Assembly: GCF_006345805.1 (NCBI RefSeq)
Contig: NW_021823707.1
Location: forward strand, 1 to 21,605
From: Octopus sinensis
Taxonomy: Eukaryota
Reading direction: 5' to 3'
DNA length: 21,605 nt
Shown here: in pieces, positions 1-11,012 of the stretch
Numbering within the stretch: position 1 is the stretch's first letter
Layout: every line of letters begins with the position of its first letter
Notes under the pieces: model-generated
Database searches by the model: none
What the model was told of the DNA's origin: nothing
Seen by the model: only the letters and a program-made list of their open reading frames with translations
Program-made: the position numbers and the translations under genes

Positions 1-80
1 TTCCTACTGCTCTTTCTAACACAACACTTTCTATTTGGAAGCCTCTTATGGTGTACATATATATATAAGCATATCATATA

Positions 81-113
<33 letters not shown>

Positions 114-350
114 ATATTATATATGAAAATATATATATTAATATATATATATAAGCATGATCATAACATAAACAACGACACAGAGAGTTATTCGAATATG
201 GCGGTTAGTCTACACTCTCAAGCATATGTGGTCATTAAGCCAGATATTTTCCTGACGTTATTTTGGAGAATATAAATGATTGAGAGCTTAGGATTTCTCC
301 AAGAAGTGATGTCAATCTATTTCAAGATTAACACACATATTCTACTTAAG

Positions 351-435
351 ACACAACACGATGTCCGCCCGAGAATCGAACTCCTATCTTTACATTAGTG
401 AGTGCAACAGCTTTAATTCAAAGCTGCGCTACTTC
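351..435 (-). mobile_element. Degenerate tRNA-derived SINE head
   Basis: Minus strand reads ...GGAGTTCGATTCTCGGGCGGACATCGTGTTGTGT: a B-box-like GTTCGATTC followed by the GTTGTGT seen after SINE heads. The A box is decayed. Confidence 0.35.
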
Positions 436-1518
436 ATGATATTGAGCTACTTCACTTTATGAATATGTTCGCGTATGTTAATGTCTGTGTTCAACTTAGT
501 GACTTAGCAGTCCGCTATTGTAAACCTCCAATAGATAGCGAAAAATATTTTCAATAGATATTCCTTTCTTTCTATAATATATATTTTTTTTTTTGCTGCA
601 GAACTAAATATGTTTTAAGCATATTAATATGTTATATGCATTAAATATGCTCTGACTTACTGAAACCTTTAATAAATATGCTGTATGGAGTTCCATTTAA
701 TTCCATAGAATTTTATTTTTTCACTTGTCATATTAAATGCTGGGTAGTTTCTTTCTATGTAAAAAGTATCTGAATGATATGACAATGGATGTTGAAGTAT
801 CAATTGATTGATCTGCTAATTCATTCTTCTATATTTTGCTTCTACCATAGGAATCGAAATCGATTTCTTTCTTTACACACAATGCTTCAAATTTGAAGAG
901 CACAGAATTAGGAATATGTGACATTCATTATTTTCTGAAGAGCTTTTTATGCTCGAAGTTACTTGATCTGATTTCACCTTGTATAGGAAACTACAATTTA
1001 AGAGCAAGCGTACCAGATTCAGTAGAAAGTGATTAATAAGTATTAGCGATTTCATTGTTAGAATCAAATTTCTATTTTACGGAAATCAAAGTTCAGCGTA
1101 CATAGTGAACTGCTAGCAATTTGCTGCACCGAAACACTTAAGTGATGCTCAGAACTATTTCACGTATTCCGCCCAACAACAATGGCTCGCTCACCTTGGA
1201 ATCAGTTAGGATTATCATCTGTTGATTGTTAGATCTGACAAAGAAATAGCGAGCACTAATTCGTGTGATGTGAAACACTATAGAACTACTGGTCCATATT
1301 TTCTCCAACACACCGGCACGAAACGAAAAACTGACATTTATTAACCGAATTCACTTTGAGTCAGCTGCTACAAAACTGATAAAGCTCTGCGATTCCATTA
1401 GTGTTGTTCTTTATTCTGAGCCAAATTTGTCAACCTATTCCTTTCCTTTTCATGTTTAATATTTTCAAAACAACAGCTTATATTGCTTATACTGATATTG
1501 ATGTTCTGGTACATTTTA

Positions 1519-1913
1519 GGGATCTTTTCGGTTTGAACGGCAGTTTTTTCTAGCGGTGTCATATGAAATTGTCACCCATAATTATGACCCTAGAATCGAT
1601 CTGTTGTATTTTAGGGTTAGGGTTAGGGTTTCTTTTTTTCTTCACAAATGTAAATAAACCCAATCTGTTTCTTAAACGGGGGACATATTCATACGGCGCA
1701 GAATGTTTTTACCTCAATAGACGTAAATGATTAGTTGAAATTGCAGAACTGGAAGAAAAAAGGCAACAAATATCTTACAAACTATAGAATTTTCTCAATA
1801 AAGCCAAGAGAAAAAGATGTTTTATAAACACATTCTACCAGTATACGAAGTTTAAAATTTTTTAGTTACCTAGAAATTATGTTAAAAACTGCCGTTCAAA
1901 CCGAAAAGATCCC
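1519..1913. mobile_element. MITE (non-autonomous DNA transposon) with perfect 30-bp TIRs
   Basis: GGGATCTTTTCGGTTTGAACGGCAGTTTTT at 1519-1548 is the exact reverse complement of 1884-1913. ATTTTA flanks both sides (1513-1518, 1914-1919). No ORF inside. Confidence 0.85.
1611..1628 (+). repeat. (TTAGGG)3 telomere-type hexamers inside the MITE
   Basis: Direct reading: TTAGGGTTAGGGTTAGGG. Confidence 0.9.
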
Positions 1914-2427
1914 ATTTTAGACACCTCTTCCATTTTAAAACAGGTAGATCATCCTATTCTTGCACGCTGGTGACATTGCTTTTGCTTATTTATGGTGTAA
2001 GGTCAGTAGCATCACTAAAACTGAAGCTGCATCCGGTTATATCCTGTTTGGCTCGGAAGATATGTTTTACATTGTTTTACATAAAGCTCTTACGATAACG
2101 TCTTGTATTGTTATGTCTGTGAGTCCAACGAGTAACCGTTAATACATTTAGTCTACTTAAAGAATATCCAACGAAGATGTTTTTAAACGTGAAATTTTAT
2201 CAGCTTAGAACCTTTACACCCTTACAATTTTTAACGGGTCTGCAACTTACAGTGAATCAGTTCGTCGACGCACGGCTCCTTTGCGTTATTTGTAGTAATA
2301 CTAGATAAATATAGGCTGCTATACCTTTATTTAATGTTCCATTTCTTAGATGCAAAGGACACAATGCTCCCAGTATGCAGTATGGTACTTCTAGTTGTGT
2401 GTATCTATGAGTATGGGTACGTGGGTG

Positions 2428-2575
2428 GGAGAGAGAAAGAGAAAGAGAGACGAAGACAGTGAGAGAGAGAGAGAGAGAAAGAGAAAGAGAGAGGAAGACA
2501 GTGAAAGAGAGAGAGAGAAAGAGAAAGAGAGAGGAAGACAGTGAAAGAGAGAGAGAGAGTGAGAGAGAAAGAGAG
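2428..2575 (+). repeat. GA-rich homopurine tract with ~40-bp higher-order unit x3
   Basis: GAAGACAGTGA recurs at 2452, 2494 and 2534 within (GA)n/(GAAA)n. Confidence 0.85.
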
Positions 2576-2792
2576 GGCCAGAGAAGGAAAGTCAGAAGTG
2601 AGCTGGGGAAATATTAATACCAGTAATTGACGGGTATATTTTTTATATGTTAACATGCAGTTTGCCAGCTGACTGCTATGCTATGGCGATTACTAGTTCA
2701 CTGTTTACCGGTCAGTATTGTTGCTGTTAGTGCTATTGATACACTCAAGAGGAGGAAATCTATCAATGTAAGAAGCTATATCACATACTCTC

Positions 2793-3012
2793 TCTTTACT
2801 CTTTTACTTGTTTCAGTCAGTTGACTGCGGCCATGCTGGAGCACCGCCTTTAATCGAGCAACTCGACCCCGGGACTTATTCTTTTGTAAGCCCAGTACTT
2901 ATCCTATCAGTCTCTTTTGCTGAACCGCTAAGTGACGGGGACGTAAACACACCAGCATCGGTTGTCAAGCAATGTTGGGGGTGGACAAACACAGACACAC
3001 AAACATATACAT

Positions 3013-3055
<43 letters not shown>

Positions 3056-3217
3056 ATGGGCTTCTTTCAGTTTCCGTCTACCAAATCCACACACAAGGCA
3101 TTGGTCAGCCCGAGGCTATAGCAGAAGACACCTGCCCAAGATGCCACGCAGTGGGACTGAACCCGGAACCATGTGGTTGGTTAGCAAGCTACTTACCTCA
3201 CAGCCACTCCTGCGCCT
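2793..3217 (-). mobile_element. ~410-bp tRNA-derived SINE, family A (resembles octopus OK-type SINE)
   Basis: Minus-strand head GGCGCAGGAGTGGCTGTG..GGTTCCGGGTTCAGTCCC (A and B boxes), internal (TA)n, and AGTAAAAG-type tail. Aligns by eye with copies at 5652, 6729, 13501 and 20861. Family name is from memory. Confidence 0.92.
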
Positions 3218-3239
3218 TAAGATTTCGCAAATAAATTCA

Positions 3240-3564
3240 ATAATCTCAGGAAATTGGACGTGTCATGTGACTTGTATGATTCGGGAGCGTCAGCTTAGAC
3301 TGTTTGATTATGTTGGTCGAATTTCCGACTTGGATCCTACGTGCTCTGTTCTCTTTTCCGAAGATCCGGCTGGGGTAATGTCTAATATTTGCCGTTCCCA
3401 TTCCTCATAGTCACTGCAGAAGAGGAAATATTTCACGGGGATGGAAACCAACTGGGACACCTCTCGGAGGGTTGTCCGAGACGACCCGAGCAGGTACCGA
3501 CATATGGCAGATGCAGCGACATGCTTGCAACGGCGCAGCCATCAACAAGTGACATGAACTGACC
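3240..3564 (+). mobile_element. 5'-truncated RTE-type LINE 3' remnant (C-terminus of RT ORF)
   Basis: One frame reads VTCMIRERQLRLFDYVGRISDLDP...CRSHSS*SLQKRKYFTGM...VVRDDPSRYRHMADAAT. This resembles the RTE-clade C-terminal I.ERQLRL.GHVAR...DP...GRP..SW...VDAAT pattern, with a TAG where W is expected. Confidence 0.65.
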
Positions 3565-4404
3565 TCTAAGATATCATTTTATATGTATGATCTCCAAGTA
3601 ATAAATGCCTTTCTATGAGCAAAATAAGAGTTTTGATGTAGTCAATTGATTTGCTGAAAGTAACAACCAAATTCCCCTTGAATTAGGACCTACCGTTCTA
3701 AAAAAAAACATGAGCGAACATTGGTTACTCTATTTCTGATAGTCTGATTGACACAACCATTGCGATGGTCACGAATCGAATGTACTTAATGACACGTCTG
3801 CTCAATCAGAACGAAAATAGACTTTAAAAAAATGAAAGCGAAGATTTTACATTTCTTCGCGAAATTTATTTTCAAGCAACAGAAAATTCTGTTAATTAAT
3901 GTTGAAAAAAAACTGAGGATCAGAAAGAAGAAACATGGGGGGAAAAGACAAAAAAAAAAAGAAAAGAAAGAACCAACAATGATGAGGAGTACTGAAGGTT
4001 TGATAATGCAGAGGAGTAGATGTGTAATAGAAGTGAGTAAGAGTTTTGTGAAATATTATCAATAGTATTGCCATCTTTAGTACATTATATTTGCCGTAAA
4101 TCATGATGCTAGTGACAGCATTACAAGAACCGTCTTCCTGAAACGCTCATGCAATGCATGTCTGTTAAAGAATCGTAATAAAACACAGATAAGATATGTG
4201 CCGAGGACATGAACTTACGCAGTATGGTTTCCACTGAATCAAAAAAGAATGGAAGAATTACATACATATTTTTTTCTTAAAGATTTTTCTACCCGATATG
4301 CACAATAGGAATATCATTTGGGGGGAAATTTAACATTGATTATTTTGCCAAAGCTTCAACAAAGCAACGAATACTCACATGCACGCATCAGTATATGTCT
4401 TGAT

Positions 4405-5117
4405 TGCATATATATATAATATATACATACATATATATATATATATATACAGAACGTGAGAGAGAGAGAGAGAGAGATGTATATGTATGCCATTCATCAT
4501 GGCGTTTGTTTCAGATTTCATTCGTCGATGTATCAGATTAAGGTTTAACATAAAGGAAAAGAGTGGCGGGAAGAGTAAAAGAGCGGATATAATGGTATAG
4601 AGTTTATGTATATGACATTCATGGGAGATCGGGAAGAAAAATGTAAATAAAGGGAAACAACAGTTGATGCATAAATATATATATACGAAATATATGCATA
4701 TGTATGTAGGTATGTATGTATGTATGTATGATGTATGTATGTATGTATGTATGTATGTATGTATGTATGTATGTATGCATGTATCTATCTTTCCACTTCT
4801 ATGCATATATGTATGTATGCATATAGTATATTAACAAATTTATCACTCTCTCTCTCTCTCTCTCTCTCTCAATATATATATATATATATGTATATATATA
4901 TTTGAGATGGCAAATATACCTCACATTGTTGTGCAGTTACTGTCTATATCTCGTTCAGAGATTTATTATTGTATATATATATATATATATATAGATAGAC
5001 ACACATATATATATTATACATATATATATATACACACATATATATATTATAATCTGCGGTGTGTAGATATATTATCACACGCACGCACCACACCACACAC
5101 ACACACCACACACACAA

Positions 5118-5163
<46 letters not shown>

Positions 5164-5345
5164 TATATATTATATATATATATATGACTGTATATTATTT
5201 CGTTATGTATGTATATATGCATAAGTCCTCAAACTCGCTAACGTACATACATATATGAACTCACAATAAACTTATATGTTCATAGTTACACACACACTCA
5301 CACACACACACATACACACACACATCTACGCCCACTCACACACAA
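4405..5345. repeat. Cluster of (TA)n, (GA)n, (TATG)n, (TC)n and (CA)n microsatellites
   Basis: Direct reading; short unique spacers lie between the arrays. Confidence 0.9.
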
Positions 5346-5651
5346 GCGTATATATAATGAGTACACAGAGATGTACGTACATACAAATGAAGAGGATGAG
5401 GTGAAGCGAATATTGATATAAAGATTTTTCGCTAAAGAGAAATGACAGCAAGAGAAGTCAAATTGAGAATGTAGATGTTAGGGGAGCACAAAGCCTGTAG
5501 AAAGGTGGTGGGTGCGGTGCGGAGATAAAAATGTAATCAGCTGAGAAGACGGGAGGAAAAACTTGTAATGAATATGTTTTGCATACCATAGGCATCGTAC
5601 ATAATATAACGAATGATAATGATGGAGAGGATGATGATGATAATAATAGTA

Positions 5652-6056
5652 TTTACTCTTTTACTTGTTTCAGTCATTTGACTGCGGCCATGCTGGAGTA
5701 CCGCCTTTAGTCGAGCAAATCGACCCCGGGACTAATTCTTTGTAAGCCCGGTACTTATTCTATCGGTCTCTTTTTGCCGAACTGCTAAGTGACGGGGACG
5801 TAAACACACCAGCATCGGTTGTCAAGCAATGCTAGGGGGACAAACACACACACACAAACACATACACATATATACATATATATACATATATACGACAGGC
5901 TTCTTTCAGTTTCCGTCTACCAAATCCACTCACAAGGCATTGGTCGGCCCGGGGCTATAGCAGAAGACACTTGCCCAAGATGCCACGCAGTGGGACTGAA
6001 CCCGGAACCATGGGTGGTTAGCAAGCTACTTACAACACAGCCACTCCTGCGCCTAT
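5652..6056 (-). mobile_element. SINE family A, full-length copy
   Basis: Same head, body and tail as 2793-3217; B box GGTTCAGTCCC on the minus strand. Confidence 0.92.
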
Positions 6057-6134
6057 ATTCATAATAAAAATTTCAAATTTGTCACAAAGCTAGTAAGTTC
6101 GTGCTAGAGAGTAAGTCAGTTATTTATATGGAGC

Positions 6135-6265
6135 TCAGTACTTCACTGGTACACGTTTTATCGACACCCAAAAATCTGAATGGCAAAGTCGACCTCGATG
6201 GTATTTGAACTCAGAACGTAAAGACGGACGAAATGCCAATGTCCTGGATTTGCCCGGAAATTGAC
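6135..6265 (-). mobile_element. SINE family B (Nin/Deu-like core), degenerate fragment
   Basis: GGCAAAGTCGACCTCG and ATTTGAACTCAGAACGTA are exact reverse complements of segments of the copy at 18347. Confidence 0.75.
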
Positions 6266-6326
6266 GTTGAGCCTTCGGTATTAGTCAAATTGTGGAATGT
6301 ACCGTTGCAGTGTGTCGTTTTTTTTT

Positions 6327-6675
6327 CTTCTCTTCTTCTTCTTCTTCTTCTTCTTCTTCTTCTTCTTCTTCTTCTTCTTCTTCTTCTTCTTCTTCTTCTT
6401 CTTCTTCTTCTTCCAATCAGGACCCACGCCATTAGCCGCAAAGAATAACCTCTAATTCGAGCCTACCCTAAGCTACTAAGAATGCGTGTGGCAACTTGAA
6501 GATCCACCCACCACACGCGATTGACTGGTGGTTGCACGGGTGCAAAAGCTGCGTTGTTATTCTCATTCCGTAAACGGTGACTTTTAACGGGTGGAGAGCT
6601 GAACCATTCTGGGGTACAGAGGATTCGCAATCTAGACTGCTTTGTGCCCTAACCACTGGGCCATTGCGCCTCCAC
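6327..6675 (-). mobile_element. SINE-like element, family C: tRNA-like head plus (AAG)n tail
   Basis: Minus strand begins GTGGAGGCGCAATGGCCCAGTGGTTAGGGCA (A box TGGCCCAGTGG), has a ~230-nt body, and ends in about 28 AAG units (6327-6413). The B box is unclear. Confidence 0.5.
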
Positions 6676-6728
6676 TGTCGTTGTTGTCGTTGTCGTCGTC
6701 ATCGATGCTGTCACCATCATTGCTACTG

Positions 6729-7135
6729 TTACTCTCTTTTTCCTTTTTCAGTCATTTGACTGTGGCCCTGCTGGAGCACCGCCTTTAGTCAAGCAAATCG
6801 ATCCCAGGACTTAATCTTTGTAAGCCTAGTACTAATTCTATCGGTCTCTTTTGCCGAACAGCTATGTTACGGCGACGTAAACACACCAGCATCGGTTGTC
6901 AAGCGATGCTGGAGGAACAAACACAGACACACAAAAATATACACACATACATATATATATACATATATACGACGGGCTTCTTTCAGTTTCCATCTACCAA
7001 ATCCACTCACAAGGCTTTGTTCGACCTGAGTCTATAGCAGAAGACACATGCCCAAGATGCCACGCAGTGGGACTGAACCAGGAACCATGTGGTTGGTAAG
7101 CAAGTTACTTACCACACAGACACTCCTACGTCTAT
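6729..7135 (-). mobile_element. SINE family A, full-length copy (more diverged)
   Basis: Aligns with the other family A copies across head, (TA)n and tail. Confidence 0.9.
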
Positions 7136-8789
7136 TGTTGTCGTCATTGTCTTTATCATTTTCCACTTTGCTGTCTTTAACATCAGAATTACCATCATCG
7201 TCACTAAAAATGGTGGTGACGCTGGTGCTCTTTGTTCGATGCGGGGCTGTTGGAAGTAGAGGTGTTATTACTGTTGGTGGTGATATCGTAGATATTGATG
7301 GTTTGTTAAATAATTGCACTCGACAGAAGAGGAAAAGAATCACTGTTTCAATTAGCAGAAGTTCGCATTACAAACATCGCTGACACTGACCGAACTTCAT
7401 CATTATTTCACAAGATCGTGTTGGGAGTCTCAAGCCTTGTAAATCTAATCACAGCAAAAGTTTGTAACGTTAGGTGGCGTCTAAAACCACGAAGGAATCA
7501 CATCGATATATAACAAACAGATATTCACTGAGAAGTGGTATACGATTTCAAATCACAATTATAGGCCAGTGAGTGTTATATATAGATTATGAAGTAAGTT
7601 TAAGATAAGTTTTAACGAATTAATCGACACCCTGTTCTAAGAGTTTTATCGTAAAACATTTGAATGTGGTCAATTTAGATGGAGATTAATATAACGAGAA
7701 GATATCGAACAGTACCGAGATCAAATATTATGGAGTGGTGAAATATAGACACGCATACAGAGATGCATACAAAAGAATATGAATCGATAGATTAATGGAA
7801 GCGATGATAGATATGTGAACGGACAGACAAATAGATGGATGCATCGGGATCTAACAGACAAAGATATGACGAGGTAACATCGCCTTCGAGGTTTCAAATC
7901 CTATCAGTCTTAGTCGCTTTAAAAGTGGAATCCACACTTTGACCGTGGAGATGATGAGACTTAACCTCCTTCGCATGTATAAAACATACCATCCACCTGT
8001 CGCCGGGGACCTGAGTCTACATAATATCAATATATATAATTATATGTAACTAGTATAATATAAAATTTTAAATTATTGTAACATTACTCACCGTGTTTGA
8101 ACATCGTGTTTGCAATAAACACCTTAGATGTTCTAACCACTATACCATAGTGACATGTCAAAATATTCCGTTAAAAGTAAAAATCTAAAACCAGAATATC
8201 TAAGACTACCCCTACCAACATACAAATGTCCTGTCAACGGAGTTCTTAGCATTTTTGCCTCTGGTTCCCTCTTGTAACTTTTTCAGAGTACCTGTTCACC
8301 CGTTTATCTGCACAAGTTAAAATGCATAGAGCTTCCTCGGAATGGAGATCGCAAAACCTGGATACCGTATTATACGGATATGCAATTTTATTACCGTTCA
8401 TGTGGTGTCTTGCATTCTACCTTCCATATGTTTCCAGATCAATCAGCGAGTGATGTGCATTTTTTTTCTTAGCAATGCTTTTAAATGATGCTGTATGATT
8501 TCCATATCGATTTTTGCATACATAAACAAATGTATGTATTTGCATTATTTTAGTAAACTATTTCTTTCCTGGCTTTACAATGTAAGAATGTTAGAATGTA
8601 AGATATATGTCTGTTGTGTGTGTGTGTGTGTGTGTTTATGAGTATGTATAGATGAATACATCTTTAGATGTATAAACTATATACATTACATTGCATGTGG
8701 ATTAGAATTCAATCACCCACATATATTGGTATAAACAGTAAAGATAGTAAGAACATCAGTAAGAAGCATATATGTGAGTATATATAAGC

Positions 8790-9089
8790 TGAAGCACTGC
8801 CTTGGAGAATTTTTTTTTACTCGAAAGAGTCGGCCCCAGAATTGTGTTAGCCTGCTACTTATTCTATCGGTCTTTCACTGACCGAGTGAGCTATTAGGTT
8901 ACAGGGACACAGCAACACCGGTTGTCAAGTGGTAGTGGTGGTGGTGGTAGGGTGGGGTGGGCAAACACAGACACAAAAACACACAGACAGACAGACGCAT
9001 ACAAGACAAGTGATTTTTCGTCTACCAACTACACTCAGAAAGCTTTGGTCGCATCGAGGCTATAGTAGAAGACAATTGCCCAAGGTGCC
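8790..9089 (-). mobile_element. SINE family A, old degenerate copy lacking the head
   Basis: Contains TACTTATTCTATCGGTCT, CGGTTGTCAAG, CAAACACAGACAC, GCTTTGGTC..GAGGCTATAGTAGAAGACA.TTGCCCAAGGTGCCA in the family order. Confidence 0.7.
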
Positions 9090-9261
9090 ATTCGAAACGT
9101 GGGGTAGGTGAAACAGGGACAACTGAAGAAGGGGAATCTCTTTATGTTGTATGTCTCGTACTCTGTCTTTTTTTCGCTGTTTGAAAAAATGTTCGTTTCT
9201 ATGTTTTTGTTTTCATGTTTTCGTTTCTCCTTGTGTTCAACGTCTTTTTGATGTCCTGTAC

Positions 9262-9366
9262 CCATATATGCATGCATATATACATATATATATATGTAGG
9301 TATGTACATATAAGTATGTATATACGCATATATTTATAGTATTTATATTATGTATATATATATAAT

Positions 9367-9402
<36 letters not shown>

Positions 9403-9461
9403 GTATGTGCATATATGTATATACGCATATATTTATATAGTATTTATATTATGTATATATA

Positions 9462-9494
<33 letters not shown>

Positions 9495-9569
9495 GTTGGT
9501 ATGTGCATATAGGTATGTATATATGCATATACTTATATATTATTTATATTATATATATATACATATATA

Positions 9570-9601
<32 letters not shown>

Positions 9602-9690
9602 CATGTATGTATAGAGTGTGTGTATTTGAGTGCGTGTCTTGCGTGCGTTTGTGTAGCGTGTGTATGCGTGTTGTGTGCGTGTGAGCGTGC
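9262..9690. repeat. TA/TG microsatellite field with ~100-bp higher-order unit x3
   Basis: TGT(A/T)GGTATGT recurs at 9295, 9398 and 9494, followed by similar AT-rich units, then a (TG)n-rich stretch. Confidence 0.85.
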
Positions 9691-10499
9691 GTAGGTAAAA
9701 ACATACATAAAAACTAAAGACGAAATATTTATTATATGAAATATATAACTTCAAGTTTAGATAAAATACTCAACCTCGATACATCTAATACGATTGAACA
9801 TTTTGACGATTCACTTAAATTAAATTATTCGACTGATCTCAGTTTAAAAGAGATTGAATAAAGTAGCTATTAATTGCCAGCGTGTGCGTAGATAGGGGTG
9901 TTGGCGGTAGAATATAGCTCTAGAATAGGCAGAATACTCTATGTTATCGAACTATTATAAACGAGAGAGTGCTGAAGTCGTTTTAGGATTATTGGAATGA
10001 TAGAATATATTATATATTTCAAATAGTTAACACCGTAAAATTCTCCGTTTATATCCAAGTACGCAAAGTAATAAAATAAACAAAGGCCATTTTAATTTAA
10101 ATCTTATATGTGTATGATTAACAAATGTTTCACTAAATATCAAAGACTTTTACTAATATGTATTCGTATAACAAACTGACTATGAAAATCAATAAATAAC
10201 TAGAAGTTTATATATATATATACAAGTTAATACGTATTCCACATTTGGAGAAAAACCGAATTATATATGTGAATATGCATTTTGGATAATATGTAGAGGT
10301 AAAATAATTGCGTATTTAGCAAAGTAGTAAATAGATAGATTGAATAAAATATCTGTTCTGACAGGAGGCAATACAGAAATTGCAAGTGTAAATGAATTTA
10401 ATGAGAATGGATGGAAGAACGCTTAAGAAATAGGTGTTAATACGGCCTCGGTTTTGCAGAACGCAGCGTATCGGTCTCATAACTAAAAACTACCGTGCA

Positions 10500-10597
10500 A
10501 TATATATGTGTGTGTCTGTATATGTATGTGTGTGTGTGTGTGAATGTGCGTATATATATGCGTGTATTTATATTTATATATTACATATATATGTATG

Positions 10598-10642
<45 letters not shown>

Positions 10643-10675
10643 TATGTTGTGTGTGTGTGTGTATGAATATATATC
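10500..10675. repeat. (TA)n/(TG)n microsatellite field
   Basis: Direct reading. Confidence 0.9.
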
Positions 10676-10729
10676 TTAGTCGAAAGACACATGTTTTTAT
10701 GTCCTGTTATTATTTTTATTGTATTTGTG

Positions 10730-11012
10730 TAACATTATCCGTTTTCTTTCCGTCATTTTTTCTGTATACATTCGCTGCTTTCTTCCAAGGAATCTAATGT
10801 TCTTAGCTTAGTCTTTCCTTGGGGCTGGCCAGATTGGAGCAATCTCAAGTAAAATTAGCCTAAATTGCGAAGATAATCTGGTGCTTGACTGAGGAAAGAA
10901 AACTTCGAATGATCCATCCTTGTTTTCTTTGTATCGTCTATCTGGATGTTATGTTGTCCCATTTTTGCCTCGCCTAACTGTCCGGATTTTTTCCGTGCTT
11001 GTCCCATTTTGC
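10730..11012. repeat. Probable dispersed repeat with internal imperfect duplication
   Basis: TCGTCTATCTGGATG...TTGTCCCATTTTTG (~10933-10966) is echoed by TCGCCTAACTGTCCGGATT...TTGTCCCATTTTG (~10970-11011). Dispersed status is recollection only. Confidence 0.3.

Noticed and set aside
1611-1628. TTAGGG as a true telomere, fusion site or G-quadruplex
   Set aside because: Only three units, inside a MITE, with no adjacent fourth G-run.
2793-3217. SINE heads as functional tRNA genes
   Set aside because: A and B boxes are present, but there is no complete cloverleaf, and the heads continue into shared SINE bodies.
3694-3697. 3-4-nt minus-strand micro-exon look-alikes (ttttttag|AACG|gtaggt here; ttttcag|CTGA|gtatgg near 15186)
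   Set aside because: Expected by chance beside A-runs. Their occurrence also shows how easily splice-like sites arise in this DNA.
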